From Clostridia bacterium (GTDB lineage Bacteria > Bacillota > Clostridia > Oscillospirales > CAG-272), in assembly GCA_017452525.1 (NCBI GenBank), contig JAFTMG010000006.1:45790-109789 (forward strand): a stretch of DNA of 64,000 nt. Direction: 5' to 3'. This document shows positions 34,750 through 45,066 of the stretch, piece by piece (within the stretch, counting starts at the first letter, position 1; each line of letters starts with the position of its first letter). The notes under the pieces are model-generated. The model saw only the letters and a program-made list of their open reading frames with translations. It had not been told where the DNA came from and did no database searches. The position numbers and the translations under genes were made by a program.

Positions 34750-35391
34750 TTACTGCTTCACCATCAGCGTCTCGACCAAACGGTCGGAATACCGCTTGAC
34801 CACCGCCGCGTAATAGGCGGCAATGATGATCTCCAGCGCCTGATTCAACCGCTTTCGTGCTCCGCTCACCGGCTCTTCGTAATCGGAGGTCACCTCGGCA
34901 ATACAATTGCGAAGTGAGCCCATATCATAAGTCTCATCATCGGGAAGCAAACGGTCAAGAATACGGCATATATAGTCATACAGCATCGAATCGCTGATGA
35001 TATCGTCCGCGTGATCGTCCACGTTGCCGTTGATGTAACGTATCACAAAAGTGATACGATCCAGTTGCATGCAATCGCGAAGCATGTTGATGATCAGAAT
35101 GTGCGCCACCTGATCCATGTCGTACCGCTTCAGTTTGGAGTTGGCTACCCACCCTCGTTTCGTCCAGTTCTGCAGTGTTGAGCCGTCAATACCGGAGATC
35201 TCTCGGATCTGTGACAGCATCACGCCGCTGGAGATAAAGAATATCTTCTTCAAAAACTCCAGTCCTGTAACATCGCCCATTTCCTTGCGTTTGAGAATGG
35301 TTCCCGGAATCAAGGGATCCTTGATTTGCAGATTCAAAACAAATTCCTCCTTTCCGTATATTCCAACGGTCTTGCTCACCGTGGCTTTCAA
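34750..35391 (-). CDS. DUF1836-like HTH-containing protein
   Basis: Putative MerR-like HTH (VMLSQIREISGIDGSTLQNWTKRGWV). First gene of the operon. Confidence 0.45.
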   Translation of the reverse strand: MKATVSKTVGIYGKEEFVLNLQIKDPLIPGTILKRKEMGDVTGLEFLKKIFFISSGVMLSQIREISGIDGSTLQNWTKRGWVANSKLKRYDMDQVAHILIINMLRDCMQLDRITFVIRYINGNVDDHADDIISDSMLYDYICRILDRLLPDDETYDMGSLRNCIAEVTSDYEEPVSGARKRLNQALEIIIAAYYAAVVKRYSDRLVETLMVKQ

Positions 35392-35417
35392 CTGTAATCA
35401 GTATATCACACGTTCAC

Positions 35418-36059
35418 GTGACTGTCAATACCTTTCATCAAAAAAATTTTCAAGGAGTGGATGAAATATTGCGCCGACCTCGCATCGTATTCGATCGGAT
35501 CTCACTTCTGGTCCCTCTGATGCTCGTATTGGAAGGTAAATTTTCTTATACAGCATCCCTGCTGCTTGCCGCTGTGTTGCATGAATGCGGGCATCTGCTT
35601 GCGGCACACCTCATGAATATTCCGATCCGCTCTCTGCGCGTCAGCATGCTGGGTGCCCAATTGACGTTGGAGGATTCCCTGCTCTCCTATGAGCGGGAAT
35701 GGATCCTTTGCGCCGCTGGACCGTTGTTCAGTCTCCTTGGCGCGGGGGGCGGCGGTCTTCTTGCCGCGCTGTGCCGCTCTGAACGGAACAGCAATTTTGC
35801 CATGATCTCCCTTGCCCTGGCACTGGTCAATCTCCTTCCCGTCGGGTGGCTCGACGGCGGGCGGATGTTCCGCGCCGCCTGCCGTCGGTACCTTTCCCCA
35901 AAGATTGCGGACAGGAGCTTGAGGGCTGTTTCTTTTCTCTTTTTTCTGCTTCTCTGGATGACCTCCGTATACCTGCTGTTGCGCGCGGGAAACAGCCTCT
36001 CTCTTTTCACCTTCTCTCTGTCCCTTTTTGTGCGTTTTTTTCTTTCCGACAACCCATAA
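35418..36059 (+). CDS. site-2 protease family (M50) intramembrane metalloprotease
   Basis: HECGH (HExxH) plus NLLPVGWLDGG (LDG motif). No CBS domain. Start codon uncertain. Confidence 0.65.
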   Translation: MTVNTFHQKNFQGVDEILRRPRIVFDRISLLVPLMLVLEGKFSYTASLLLAAVLHECGHLLAAHLMNIPIRSLRVSMLGAQLTLEDSLLSYEREWILCAAGPLFSLLGAGGGGLLAALCRSERNSNFAMISLALALVNLLPVGWLDGGRMFRAACRRYLSPKIADRSLRAVSFLFFLLLWMTSVYLLLRAGNSLSLFTFSLSLFVRFFLSDNP

Positions 36060-36195
36060 AAAACGGAGCATTTTGGCGCATTTCAAGAGAAAAAAAGAGA
36101 TTTTCAGAGAAAAGCAGAGTTATTCGGGAGCGGTTTCAAGTAAACACGTTTTATCACGTTTTTTTGCGATTTATGAAGAAATTTTCAAAAACATA

Positions 36196-36224
36196 TTGCA
36201 TTTACTGAAGATATCTGCTACAAT
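36196..36224 (+). promoter_or_regulatory. potABCD promoter
   Basis: TTGCAT, 17-nt spacer, TACAAT. A second TGgTACAAT lies at 36228-36236. Confidence 0.5.
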
Positions 36225-36256
36225 ATGTGGTACAATCGGATTTCAGAATGTCAGGT

Positions 36257-36280
36257 GCCGGATTTTTTCCGGCGTTTTCC
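36257..36280 (+). promoter_or_regulatory. leader hairpin plus U-tract (possible attenuator) upstream of potA
   Basis: GCCGGA-tttttt-TCCGGC followed by GTTTTCC. A downstream TCCGGC (36290-36295) could pair alternatively. Confidence 0.4.
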
Positions 36281-36332
36281 ATTCCATACTCCGGCTGTCT
36301 GTTCTATATTGTACGAGAGGTATTTATGTGGA

Positions 36333-37457
36333 ATGAAACAGGAAAAGGTTATTCAACTTCAAAACATCAGTAAATCGTTTGACGGAGAAAAGATTCTCAA
36401 CAACATTAATCTTTACATTCGCGATAAGGAATTCATCACCCTGCTCGGTCCCTCCGGCTGCGGAAAAACGACCATGCTTCGTTTGATCGCCGGCTTTGAG
36501 ACGCCCGATGAAGGTACCATCCTTTTTGAGGGTAAACCCATCAACGATGTACCGCCTTATCAGCGTTCCGTCAACACGGTCTTTCAGAAATACGCACTGT
36601 TCCCCCATTTGAATGTGTTTGAAAATATTGCCTTCGGTCTCCGATTGAAAAAGCTTCCCGAGGAGCAGATCCGCAAGCAGGTCAAGGATATGCTGGCTCT
36701 GGTCAACCTGAAGGGCTTTGAGCGCCGCAACGTAGAGCGTCTCTCCGGCGGTCAGCAGCAGCGTGTTGCCATCGCCCGCGCGCTGATCAACCACCCCAAG
36801 GTACTGCTTTTGGACGAACCCTTAGCGGCACTTGATCTGAAGCTTCGCAAGGACATGCAGGTAGAGCTGAAGAACATGCAGAAGCGCACCGGCATCACCT
36901 TTATCTACGTCACCCACGATCAGGAGGAAGCACTCTCCATGTCCGATACCGTGATGGTCATCGCCGAGGGTGAGATCCAGCAGATCGGCACGCCTACCGA
37001 TATCTACAACGAGCCTGTGAACGCCTTTGTTGCCGACTTCATCGGTGAATCCAATATTCTCGACGGTGTAATGACCGCCGATTACAAGGCAACCTTCTCC
37101 GGTCACACCTTTGACTGTGTGGACAGCGGCTTTGAGAAAAACGAAAAGGTCGACATCGTTGTCCGCCCCGAGGACGTGGACGTTGTTCCCTGCGAACGCG
37201 GCATGCTGGTCGGCGATGTGACCGGCGTCACCTTCAAGGGTGTTCACTATGAGATCATCGTGGATATTCGCGGCTTCAAGTGGATGATCCAGTCTACCGA
37301 CTACGTTGCCCCCGGCGACCATATTGGTCTCTCCATCGATCCCGATGCCATTCACGTCATGAAGAAATCACGCTTTTCCAACATGTTTGGCGACTACTCC
37401 AGCTTTTCGGATGAGCTTGAAAAGCTGTCGGATCTCTCCGAGGAGGAAAACGAATGA
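36333..37457 (+). CDS. potA: spermidine/putrescine ABC transporter ATP-binding protein
   Basis: Walker [18 protein letters not shown] signature. Start [14 protein letters not shown]. Confidence 0.85.
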   Translation: MKQEKVIQLQNISKSFDGEKILNNINLYIRDKEFITLLGPSGCGKTTMLRLIAGFETPDEGTILFEGKPINDVPPYQRSVNTVFQKYALFPHLNVFENIAFGLRLKKLPEEQIRKQVKDMLALVNLKGFERRNVERLSGGQQQRVAIARALINHPKVLLLDEPLAALDLKLRKDMQVELKNMQKRTGITFIYVTHDQEEALSMSDTVMVIAEGEIQQIGTPTDIYNEPVNAFVADFIGESNILDGVMTADYKATFSGHTFDCVDSGFEKNEKVDIVVRPEDVDVVPCERGMLVGDVTGVTFKGVHYEIIVDIRGFKWMIQSTDYVAPGDHIGLSIDPDAIHVMKKSRFSNMFGDYSSFSDELEKLSDLSEEENE

Positions 37458-38278
37458 AAAAAAGAACCTTACTGGAGCGCATGGCTTCCGCGCCGCATCT
37501 GGTCTGGATGGTTCTTTTCATTGTCGCTCCGCTTCTCTTCGTAGCATATTATGCATTTACCACGCCGGATGGTTCGTTTACATTTGAAAACATTGCAGCA
37601 CTGAGCAACCATGCCGAAACGTTTCTTTTCTCGGTTTGTATGGCGCTGATCTCCACGGTCATTTGCCTTTTGATCGGTTATCCCCTCGCCTACTGCATCT
37701 CCCGCGCCAGCGCAAGAGCGCAGAAGATCCTGATCATGCTGATCATGCTCCCGATGTGGATGAATCTTCTGATCCGCACCTATTCCATGATGGCGATTTT
37801 GGACGACGGCGGCTTTCTTAACAATCTTCTGATGCGGCTCGGCTTTGCGCCAGTCCACATCGTCGGCACCGCGGGTGCGGTCATCTTCGGCATGGTCTAC
37901 AATTTCCTGCCTTATATGGTCCTCCCCATCCACTCGGTCATCAGCAAGCTGGACTGGCGGCTGATCGAGGCAGCCAACGATCTTGGCTGTAACAACTTCC
38001 GCGTGCTGACCCGCGTCATTCTCCCCTTGTCCGTGCCCGGTATCATTTCCGGTCTGACCATGGTATTCGTCCCCTCCATCAGCACCTTCTATATCTCGCA
38101 GAAGCTGGGCGGCGGTACCTTCGAGCTGATCGGTGACACCATTGAGCGACAGTTCCAAAACCCCGTCACCTACCATGTCGGCGCGTCGATCTCCTTGGTA
38201 ATGATGATTTTGATCCTCATCTCGCTCGCCATCATGAACCGATTCTCAGACAGTGAAACGGGAGGTATGATCGCATGA
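37454..38278 (+). CDS. potB: spermidine/putrescine ABC transporter permease
   Basis: Six-TM ABC permease with an EAA-like loop. Overlaps potA by 4 nt. Confidence 0.85.
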   Translation: MKKRTLLERMASAPHLVWMVLFIVAPLLFVAYYAFTTPDGSFTFENIAALSNHAETFLFSVCMALISTVICLLIGYPLAYCISRASARAQKILIMLIMLPMWMNLLIRTYSMMAILDDGGFLNNLLMRLGFAPVHIVGTAGAVIFGMVYNFLPYMVLPIHSVISKLDWRLIEAANDLGCNNFRVLTRVILPLSVPGIISGLTMVFVPSISTFYISQKLGGGTFELIGDTIERQFQNPVTYHVGASISLVMMILILISLAIMNRFSDSETGGMIA

Positions 38279-39120
38279 AAACAATCAACAAGATCTATAC
38301 CGTCCTCATTCTCTTTATGTTGTACGCGCCTATTCTCGTGTTGATGCTGTTCTCATTTAACAGCACCAGCAATACCGGTGTGTTCACGGGCTTCTCCTTT
38401 TACTGGTACCGCGAGCTTTTCCGCAGTGCGGCTGCCTTCGCAGCGTTGAAAAACACGCTCGTCCTCGCAATATCCTCCGCGGTTCTGTCCACTCTGATCG
38501 GAACCATGGCGGCGATCGGTCTGCGCAAAATGAGAAACAAATACGTCAAGGGACTGATCACCTCCGTGACCAATATCCCCATGATGAACCCTGATATCGT
38601 CACCGGTATCTCCATGATGCTTCTCTTTGTCTTTGTCGGAACCATGCTGGGCCAGCAGGACAAGCTGAATTTCTGGACCCTTCTGATCGCGCACACCACC
38701 TTCAATATTCCTTACGTTTATCTGAACGTTTCCCCGAAATTCCAACAAATGGACAAGCATCTGCCCGAAGCGGCGTTGGATCTGGGCTGTACCCCCTTGC
38801 AGGCATTCTTCAAGGTGGAACTTCCCTGCATCTTCTCCGGTATCGTCACCGGCTTCATCATCGCCTTCACCATGTCCCTTGACGACTTCGTCATCAGTTA
38901 TTTCTGCAGCGGCAGCGATTTCCAGACGCTTCCTATCCTGATCTATTCCATGACCAAGAAGGAAGTCACCCCCGATATCTACGCCCTTTCCACACTGATG
39001 ATCGTCGCCATTCTGACGCTGCTCATCCTCTCCAATCTCTCCGGAAGCAAAGAGGAACGGGCAAAGATCCGCGCCCTTCGTAAAAAGAGAGCCGCGGCAC
39101 GTAAGGAGGCGAAGGCATGA
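38275..39120 (+). CDS. potC: spermidine/putrescine ABC transporter permease
   Basis: ABC permease. Overlaps potB by 4 nt. Confidence 0.85.
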   Translation: MKTINKIYTVLILFMLYAPILVLMLFSFNSTSNTGVFTGFSFYWYRELFRSAAAFAALKNTLVLAISSAVLSTLIGTMAAIGLRKMRNKYVKGLITSVTNIPMMNPDIVTGISMMLLFVFVGTMLGQQDKLNFWTLLIAHTTFNIPYVYLNVSPKFQQMDKHLPEAALDLGCTPLQAFFKVELPCIFSGIVTGFIIAFTMSLDDFVISYFCSGSDFQTLPILIYSMTKKEVTPDIYALSTLMIVAILTLLILSNLSGSKEERAKIRALRKKRAAARKEAKA

Positions 39121-40325
39121 AAAAGATCGTCTCTTCCCTACTCCTGCTCTCCTCCCTCGTTCTCCTGCTCCTTTCCGCCACCGCCTGCGGCGGCGAGGAT
39201 ACAGTCACGCTGAACGTATACAACGGGGGTGAATACATCTCGGACGGCTCCGAGGGCTCACTGGACGTCAACGAGGAATTTGAACAGTATTATTATGAGA
39301 CCTACGGTATCAAGCTGAAGGTCAACTACACCACGTACGCAAGCAACGAGGATATGTACGCCAAACTGAAAAGCGGCGCCACCTCCTACGACGTGATCAT
39401 CCCCTCCGATTACATGATTGAAAGAATGATCTCGGAAAACATGCTGGCGGAGCTGGATTTCACCAACATTCCCAACTATCAGTACATCATGGAGGACTAC
39501 CGAAACCAGTATTACGATCCTGACAACCGCTTTTCCGTTCCCTACACCTACGGCATGGTCGGTGTGATCTACAACACCGCCATGGTCGACGAGACGGATA
39601 CCGGAACGTGGGATCTGCTCTGGAATGAAAAATATACGGGAAAGATCCTCCAATTCAACAATTCCCGCGATGCTTTCGGCACCTCCATGTATCGCCTCGG
39701 CATTGACGTCAATACGACCGACGAGGCACAGTGGCGGGCAGCCACCGAGGCTCTCAAGGTACAGAAGCCTCTGGTGCAAAGCTACGTCATGGACGAGATC
39801 TTCAACAAAATGAAGGGTGAGTCCGGTGCCATTGCTCCCTATTACGCAGGAGACTTTCTCTCGATGTACGATGCCAACAACAATCTCGCCTTCTTCTACC
39901 CCGAGGAAGGAACCAACGTTTTTGTGGACGCCATGTGTGTGCCCGTTGACAGCCGTCAGAAAGAGATTGCGGAATGCTACATCAACTTTATGCTGGAGCA
40001 TGAGATCGCAGTAGCCAACGCAGAATACATCTGCTACGCCTCTCCGCACCGCGGAGTCATTGAGGATCCTGAGTACATCGAATACATGAATTCGATGCAC
40101 GAAAACGCCATGGAGATCCTTTACCCAACCACCGAGGTCAAGGCAACCTACTATCAGAACCTCTCACCCGACACGTTGAGTCTTTTGAACGGTCTGTGGG
40201 AGGAGCTGAAGATCGAAAGCTCGGGTGGCGAGGGTGTGTATATTTGCTCCCTTGTTATCGTGGTTTTGCTGACCGTGTGGTTCGGCTACCTCTTTATCCG
40301 CAAAAAATATCGCGATAATTATTAA
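39117..40325 (+). CDS. potD: spermidine/putrescine-binding protein (lipoprotein) with an extra C-terminal TM helix
   Basis: Lipobox LSATAC-GG. PotD-like SBP body. C-terminal VYICSLVIVVLLTVWFGYLFIRKKYR. Confidence 0.8.
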   Translation: MKKIVSSLLLLSSLVLLLLSATACGGEDTVTLNVYNGGEYISDGSEGSLDVNEEFEQYYYETYGIKLKVNYTTYASNEDMYAKLKSGATSYDVIIPSDYMIERMISENMLAELDFTNIPNYQYIMEDYRNQYYDPDNRFSVPYTYGMVGVIYNTAMVDETDTGTWDLLWNEKYTGKILQFNNSRDAFGTSMYRLGIDVNTTDEAQWRAATEALKVQKPLVQSYVMDEIFNKMKGESGAIAPYYAGDFLSMYDANNNLAFFYPEEGTNVFVDAMCVPVDSRQKEIAECYINFMLEHEIAVANAEYICYASPHRGVIEDPEYIEYMNSMHENAMEILYPTTEVKATYYQNLSPDTLSLLNGLWEELKIESSGGEGVYICSLVIVVLLTVWFGYLFIRKKYRDNY

Positions 40326-40329
40326 AGTC

Positions 40330-40366
40330 AAAGCAGGAGCTGCACCGAGGTGCGGCTCCTGCTTTG
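40330..40366 (+). terminator. bidirectional intrinsic terminator (potD and dxs, convergent)
   Basis: AAAGCAGGAGCTGCACC-gag-GTGCGGCTCCTGCTTT. Confidence 0.8.
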
Positions 40367-40367
40367 A

Positions 40368-42254
40368 TCATTCAGACAGAGCACGTAATATATCGTCGGA
40401 AGAAACACCTGCCGTGGTATAGATCGATTCCGCTCGCTCACGGACAACGAAGTTATCCTCCGGCGCCAACAGATGTACTGTTTTATTCGCCATCCGTTCC
40501 GGGTAGCGACGCGTCAGCTGATCACACAGCAACATACCCATTCCGCCCGCGCGAATATCCTCCTCCAGAAGAATCAGGCGGATCGGCTTTTGAGGAAGCC
40601 TCTCAGCCACGAAGTCAGCAGCCTGCTCATAGGGCTTAATGTGTTCCAGCAGTATGATACCTGCCCGCTTTCCACTCTGCTCCTCCCAAAGCTCTGCCGC
40701 CGTCATCGCCTCGCTGACCACGCGACCGTCGGTCACGATCAGCGCGTCCGGTTGTTCGTCATCCGCAAAATCCACTCTTCCGGGACGGTCATAGGTCGAC
40801 TGATCCTCAGCATAAAAACGCTCCAACACCGTGTCCTGCTCGCAACCGCTGCAATAACGGATCGCGGTAGGGGTAGGACGCGCCAAAGCGTCCGCGAGGG
40901 ATCTGCGCAGCATCGCTTCCGTCACCGGGGTTTCGATGGTCAGTCCCGGAACCTGAGAAAGATATGCCACGTCAAAAATACCGTGATGCGTGGCACCGTC
41001 CGCCGCATTCAGACCTGCACGGTCTACGCAGAATACAACGGGAAGACCCTGCAATGCCACATCGTGGAGTATCTGGTCGTAGGCACGTTGCAAGAAGGTA
41101 GAATAGATGGCAACCACGGGACGCATGCCGTTGGCGGCAAGCCCTGCGGCAAAGGTGACCGCATGCTCCTCCGCAATACCGACGTCAAAGAAGCGGTCCG
41201 GGAATTGCTGACGGAACTGCTCAAGCCCCGTGCCGTCACTCATGGCAGCGGTGATCGCGCAAATGCGCTCATCCTGCGCGGCAAGCTTGCAAAGCTCGTC
41301 GCCGAAGATCTTGGAAAACGTCGGCTTTTCGTTCCGATGAGAATCGGAGGGTGGCAGACCGTGATAAATATTCGGGTTTTCCTCGGCAGGCAGATAGCCC
41401 TTTCCCTTCTTGGTCTTCAGATGTACCACGCAGCTTTGCTTGGCGCGCTTTGCCTCGCGAAGCAGATTCTCAACGGCACGCTCGTCGTTGCCGTCTACGG
41501 GACCGAGGTAGTAAAGTCCCAGATCCTCAAAATAATTACTGCCGTAAAGCATATTCTTGATCGTTTTTTTGGTATCGCGGATCAGCCTGAACAATCCGTT
41601 TCCGATCAGCGGGATCTTTTTGATAATCCGGCCGGTGGTTGCCTTCGTTTGCAGGTATCCCGGCTTGGAGCGCATTTTGGTCAGATGCCGCGCGAAACGA
41701 CCGATGTTTTTGGAAATGGACATCTCGTTTTCATTGATCACGATGATCAGTTTCAAATCTTTTCGGCAATTATTCAACGCTTCGTGGATCATACCACCCG
41801 TAAAAGCGCCATCCCCCAAAACGGCAACGGTATATGCTTCATTCCCCTGCAGCTGATCGGACATGGCGAAGCCCAGCGCGGCGGAAACGGAGGTCGAGCT
41901 GTGCCCCGCCCCGAAGCAATCGTGAACGCTCTCACTTCTCTTGGTAAAGCCGCTCAGCCCTCCCGGACGGCGCAGGGTTTCAAACCGATCGCGGCGGTCG
42001 GTCAGTATTTTATGAACGTAACATTGATGGCTGACATCAAAAATAAAATGATCCTTCGGTGTTTCAAACACACGGTGCATCGCGATCGTCAGTTCAACCA
42101 CGCCGAGATTGGATGCCAGATGACCGCCGTTTTTGGTGACGACCTCTACAAGCACCGTGCGGATCTCAGCCGCCAGCTGATCCAATTGCTCCTGCGAAAG
42201 CGAGCAAAGATCACCGCGAGACGAAAGCCGATCTAAAATCGGATATTCCGACAT
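40368..42254 (-). CDS. dxs: 1-deoxy-D-xylulose-5-phosphate synthase
   Basis: TPP motif GDGAFTGGM. 628 aa. Confidence 0.9.
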   Translation of the reverse strand: MSEYPILDRLSSRGDLCSLSQEQLDQLAAEIRTVLVEVVTKNGGHLASNLGVVELTIAMHRVFETPKDHFIFDVSHQCYVHKILTDRRDRFETLRRPGGLSGFTKRSESVHDCFGAGHSSTSVSAALGFAMSDQLQGNEAYTVAVLGDGAFTGGMIHEALNNCRKDLKLIIVINENEMSISKNIGRFARHLTKMRSKPGYLQTKATTGRIIKKIPLIGNGLFRLIRDTKKTIKNMLYGSNYFEDLGLYYLGPVDGNDERAVENLLREAKRAKQSCVVHLKTKKGKGYLPAEENPNIYHGLPPSDSHRNEKPTFSKIFGDELCKLAAQDERICAITAAMSDGTGLEQFRQQFPDRFFDVGIAEEHAVTFAAGLAANGMRPVVAIYSTFLQRAYDQILHDVALQGLPVVFCVDRAGLNAADGATHHGIFDVAYLSQVPGLTIETPVTEAMLRRSLADALARPTPTAIRYCSGCEQDTVLERFYAEDQSTYDRPGRVDFADDEQPDALIVTDGRVVSEAMTAAELWEEQSGKRAGIILLEHIKPYEQAADFVAERLPQKPIRLILLEEDIRAGGMGMLLCDQLTRRYPERMANKTVHLLAPEDNFVVRERAESIYTTAGVSSDDILRALSE

Positions 42255-42289
42255 AGCTTTTCTCCTTTGTTGAGAATATTCCTACATTC

Positions 42290-42325
42290 ATTATACCACA
42301 TCTTTCGTCAAAAAGAAACCCTTTG
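42290..42325 (-). promoter_or_regulatory. dxs promoter (extended -10)
   Basis: Minus strand: TGgTATAAT with a weak -35. Confidence 0.4.
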
Positions 42326-42339
42326 TTGTAAATTCTCAA

Positions 42340-42388
42340 AAAAAGGCTATGATACCGAAAAATCCGGTATCATAGCCTTTTGAAAAGC
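42340..42388 (-). terminator. intrinsic terminator of the P-type ATPase gene
   Basis: Minus strand: AAAGGCTATGATACCG ... CGGTATCATAGCCTTT followed by TTTTTTTGAG. Confidence 0.75.
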
Positions 42389-42390
42389 GA

Positions 42391-45066
42391 TTACGCGTGA
42401 TGCTTTGCGATGATTCTCTGCACCAGCTTGACGATCTCGGTGATCGGGATCACCAAAATAGCCAGACCCATTGCAATCGCATACTCCTCGAGGTCAATCA
42501 TGGTAAAGCCGAACAGATTTGCCAGGAAAGGAACCTCGATGACCAGAGCGGTCAGGATGACAGCGGCGACCATCGCGCCATACAGCCAGAAGTTGTGCTT
42601 CTTCAGTGCGAAGATAGAACCGCGCTGAGAACGCATATTGAGCGAGTGGAAGATCTCAGCCATGGACATGGTCAGGAACGCCATGGTGATGCCGTGATTG
42701 GATGCCCAGGATCCGGCAACCACGTCGGGATCCATCGAATGACCGATCATAAAGGCGGTCAGCGTCAGAATGGATACCATGATGCCCTGGTAAACCAGAT
42801 CCACACCTACACCGCCGGAGAAGATACCCGCCTTGCTGGAACGGGGAGGCTGTCTCATGATATCCTCCTCACCGGGCTCCATACCGAGCGCAAGTGCCGG
42901 GAAGGTATCGGTGATCAGGTTGATCCAAAGCAGGTGAGGTGCTTCCAGAATGGTGAAACCAATGCAGGTCGCGGTAAAGATGGTAATGACCTCGGAAAGG
43001 TTGGAGGACAGCAGGAACTGGATCGCTTTGCGGATGTTGCTGTAGATCTTACGGCCTTCCTCAACCGCATACACGATGGTAGCGAAGTTATCGTCGCCAA
43101 GGATCATGTCGGCAACGTTCTTGGTAACGTCAGTACCTGTGATACCCATGCCGATACCGATATCGGCAGATTTGATGGAGGGAGCGTCATTGACACCGTC
43201 ACCGGTCATTGCGGTGATCTTGCCCAGCTTCTTCCAAGCCTTGACGATACGGACCTTATGCTCGGGCTGAACGCGGGCATAAACGGAATACACGTCGATG
43301 ACCTTCTCCAGCTCGTCGTCGGAAAGTTCGTTGAGCTCGGCACCGGTGATTGCCTGAGAAGCATCGGTAATGATCCCCAGCTCCTTCGCGATGGCAACGG
43401 CGGTATCCTTATGGTCACCGGTGATCATGATGGGGCGAACGCCTGCGGTAGCGCATGCCTTGATCGCATCGACCACCTCGGGACGAACAGGGTCGATCAT
43501 GCCGCACAGACCAACGAAAATCAGCTCCTGCTCCATGGCATCGGAGGAGTAATCGGTGGGTTCAGCGGACAGATCCTTATATGCGGCGGCAAGCACACGC
43601 AGTGCACGGTCCGCCATGCCCTTATTGGCGGTCAGAATATCGTTACGCGCTTCGGCGGTCAGCTCCTTGACACCGTCTGCGGTCAGGATGCGGGTACAGC
43701 GGCGAAGCAATTCGTCGGGGGCACCCTTGGTATACTGAACCAGAGAACCGTCAGCCTTGCGGTGAACGGTGGACATCATCTTACGGGAGGAATCGAAGGG
43801 GATCTCACCGATACGGGGCTCAGCGGCAGACAGCTCGCTCTTGGGCATGCCGTTCTTGTTGGCATAGTTGACCAGTGCGCACTCGGTCGGTTCGCCGACA
43901 GCCTCGGTGTGACCTGCCTCCACGTCGATCTCAGCATCGCTGCACAGTGCCATAGCACGGCAAAGCAGCGCCTGATTGAAGGAGGAATACTCAACAACCG
44001 TCATCTTGTTCTGGGTCAGCGTACCGGTCTTATCCGAGCAGATGACCTGAGTACAACCCAGTGTCTCCACCGCAGTCAGACGGCGGATCACCGCGCTGCG
44101 CTTGGACATTTTGGTAACGCCAATGGACAGAACGATGGTAACAACGGTCGCCAGACCCTCGGGGATGGCGGCAACAGCCAAGCTGACTGCCACGATAAAG
44201 GACGGGAGGGCAACGTCCTTCAGATACTCTGCGGTCAGGGCAAAATGACCTTGACGGATGATGTTTACGGCAAACACGATCACGCAGATGATGAGGACCA
44301 GCTTTGTCAGCGTGGAGGACAGCTGGGAGAGCTTCTGCTGCAGAGGCGTCTTCTCTTCCTCGACTTCACTCAGAGCGCCAGCGATCTTACCCATTTCGGT
44401 ATCCATACCGGTGCCGGTGATGACAGCCTTACCGCGTCCGTAAACAACAGTACTGCCCATATAAACCATATTCACACGGTCGCCCAGAGGGACTTCCTTC
44501 TGCTCACCCTTGAGCACCAGCGTGTCAGCAGACTTTTCAGAGGGAACGGATTCACCCGTCATAGCCGCCTCTTCGCACTTCATGGAGTTGGACTCCAGCA
44601 GGCGCGCGTCGGCAGGAACGGCGTCACCGGCTTCGAGAACGATGATATCGCCCACAACAAGCTCTTCACTCTTGACGGTGATCATGTGACCGCCGCGAAT
44701 GACCTTGGACGTTGCCGCCGTCATCGCCTTCAGCGCATCAATGGCTTTCTCAGCCTTGGACTCCTGGATCACACCGAGAACGGAGTTGAGGACAACAACA
44801 AACAGGATAATGAATACGTCCGTCGGCGCTTCACCCTCAATATACGCGATCACACCGGAGATGGCGGCGGCGACGATCAGAATGATGACCATCGGGTCAG
44901 CCAACTGCTTGAGGAAACGCTGCAGAAGGGTTACCTTCTTGCCCTCGGCAAGCTTATTGGGACCGTTTTTGGCAAGGCGGTCAGCCGCCTCGGCGGCAGA
45001 CAAACCGTTTTCGGAGCTTTTCAGCTCTTCAACGACCTCTTGTGAGGATTTCAGATACTCTTTCAA
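42391..45066 (-). CDS. cation (Ca2+-type) translocating P-type ATPase
   Basis: DKTGTLT phosphorylation motif, TGDHKDTA and GDGVNDAP. 891 aa with ten TM helices. Confidence 0.85.
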   Translation of the reverse strand: MKEYLKSSQEVVEELKSSENGLSAAEAADRLAKNGPNKLAEGKKVTLLQRFLKQLADPMVIILIVAAAISGVIAYIEGEAPTDVFIILFVVVLNSVLGVIQESKAEKAIDALKAMTAATSKVIRGGHMITVKSEELVVGDIIVLEAGDAVPADARLLESNSMKCEEAAMTGESVPSEKSADTLVLKGEQKEVPLGDRVNMVYMGSTVVYGRGKAVITGTGMDTEMGKIAGALSEVEEEKTPLQQKLSQLSSTLTKLVLIICVIVFAVNIIRQGHFALTAEYLKDVALPSFIVAVSLAVAAIPEGLATVVTIVLSIGVTKMSKRSAVIRRLTAVETLGCTQVICSDKTGTLTQNKMTVVEYSSFNQALLCRAMALCSDAEIDVEAGHTEAVGEPTECALVNYANKNGMPKSELSAAEPRIGEIPFDSSRKMMSTVHRKADGSLVQYTKGAPDELLRRCTRILTADGVKELTAEARNDILTANKGMADRALRVLAAAYKDLSAEPTDYSSDAMEQELIFVGLCGMIDPVRPEVVDAIKACATAGVRPIMITGDHKDTAVAIAKELGIITDASQAITGAELNELSDDELEKVIDVYSVYARVQPEHKVRIVKAWKKLGKITAMTGDGVNDAPSIKSADIGIGMGITGTDVTKNVADMILGDDNFATIVYAVEEGRKIYSNIRKAIQFLLSSNLSEVITIFTATCIGFTILEAPHLLWINLITDTFPALALGMEPGEEDIMRQPPRSSKAGIFSGGVGVDLVYQGIMVSILTLTAFMIGHSMDPDVVAGSWASNHGITMAFLTMSMAEIFHSLNMRSQRGSIFALKKHNFWLYGAMVAAVILTALVIEVPFLANLFGFTMIDLEEYAIAMGLAILVIPITEIVKLVQRIIAKHHA

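Noticed and set aside
35418-36059. Calling the M50 protease SpoIVFB specifically.
   Set aside because: It has the HExxH and LDG motifs but is only 213 aa and lacks the CBS domain of SpoIVFB, so only the family-level call is justified.
42397-45045. 882-aa ORF on the plus strand, plus similar long ORFs at 30374-32953, 26163-27623, 24747-25997, 55289-56926, 28476-29615, 40473-42236, 57367-58398, 49306-51282(-), 7546-8817(-), 13997-15247(-), 16807-17775(-), 48212-49204(-) and 18982-19905(+).
   Set aside because: Each lies antisense to a well-supported conserved gene (P-type ATPase, flotillin/spoVB, polA, his genes, NamZ, dxs, M13 peptidase, putP, phosphoesterase, sigma fusion, beta-helix, pcrA). 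The translations are low-complexity and Arg/Gly/His-rich with no motifs. This is the usual stop-poor antisense frame of high-GC coding DNA.
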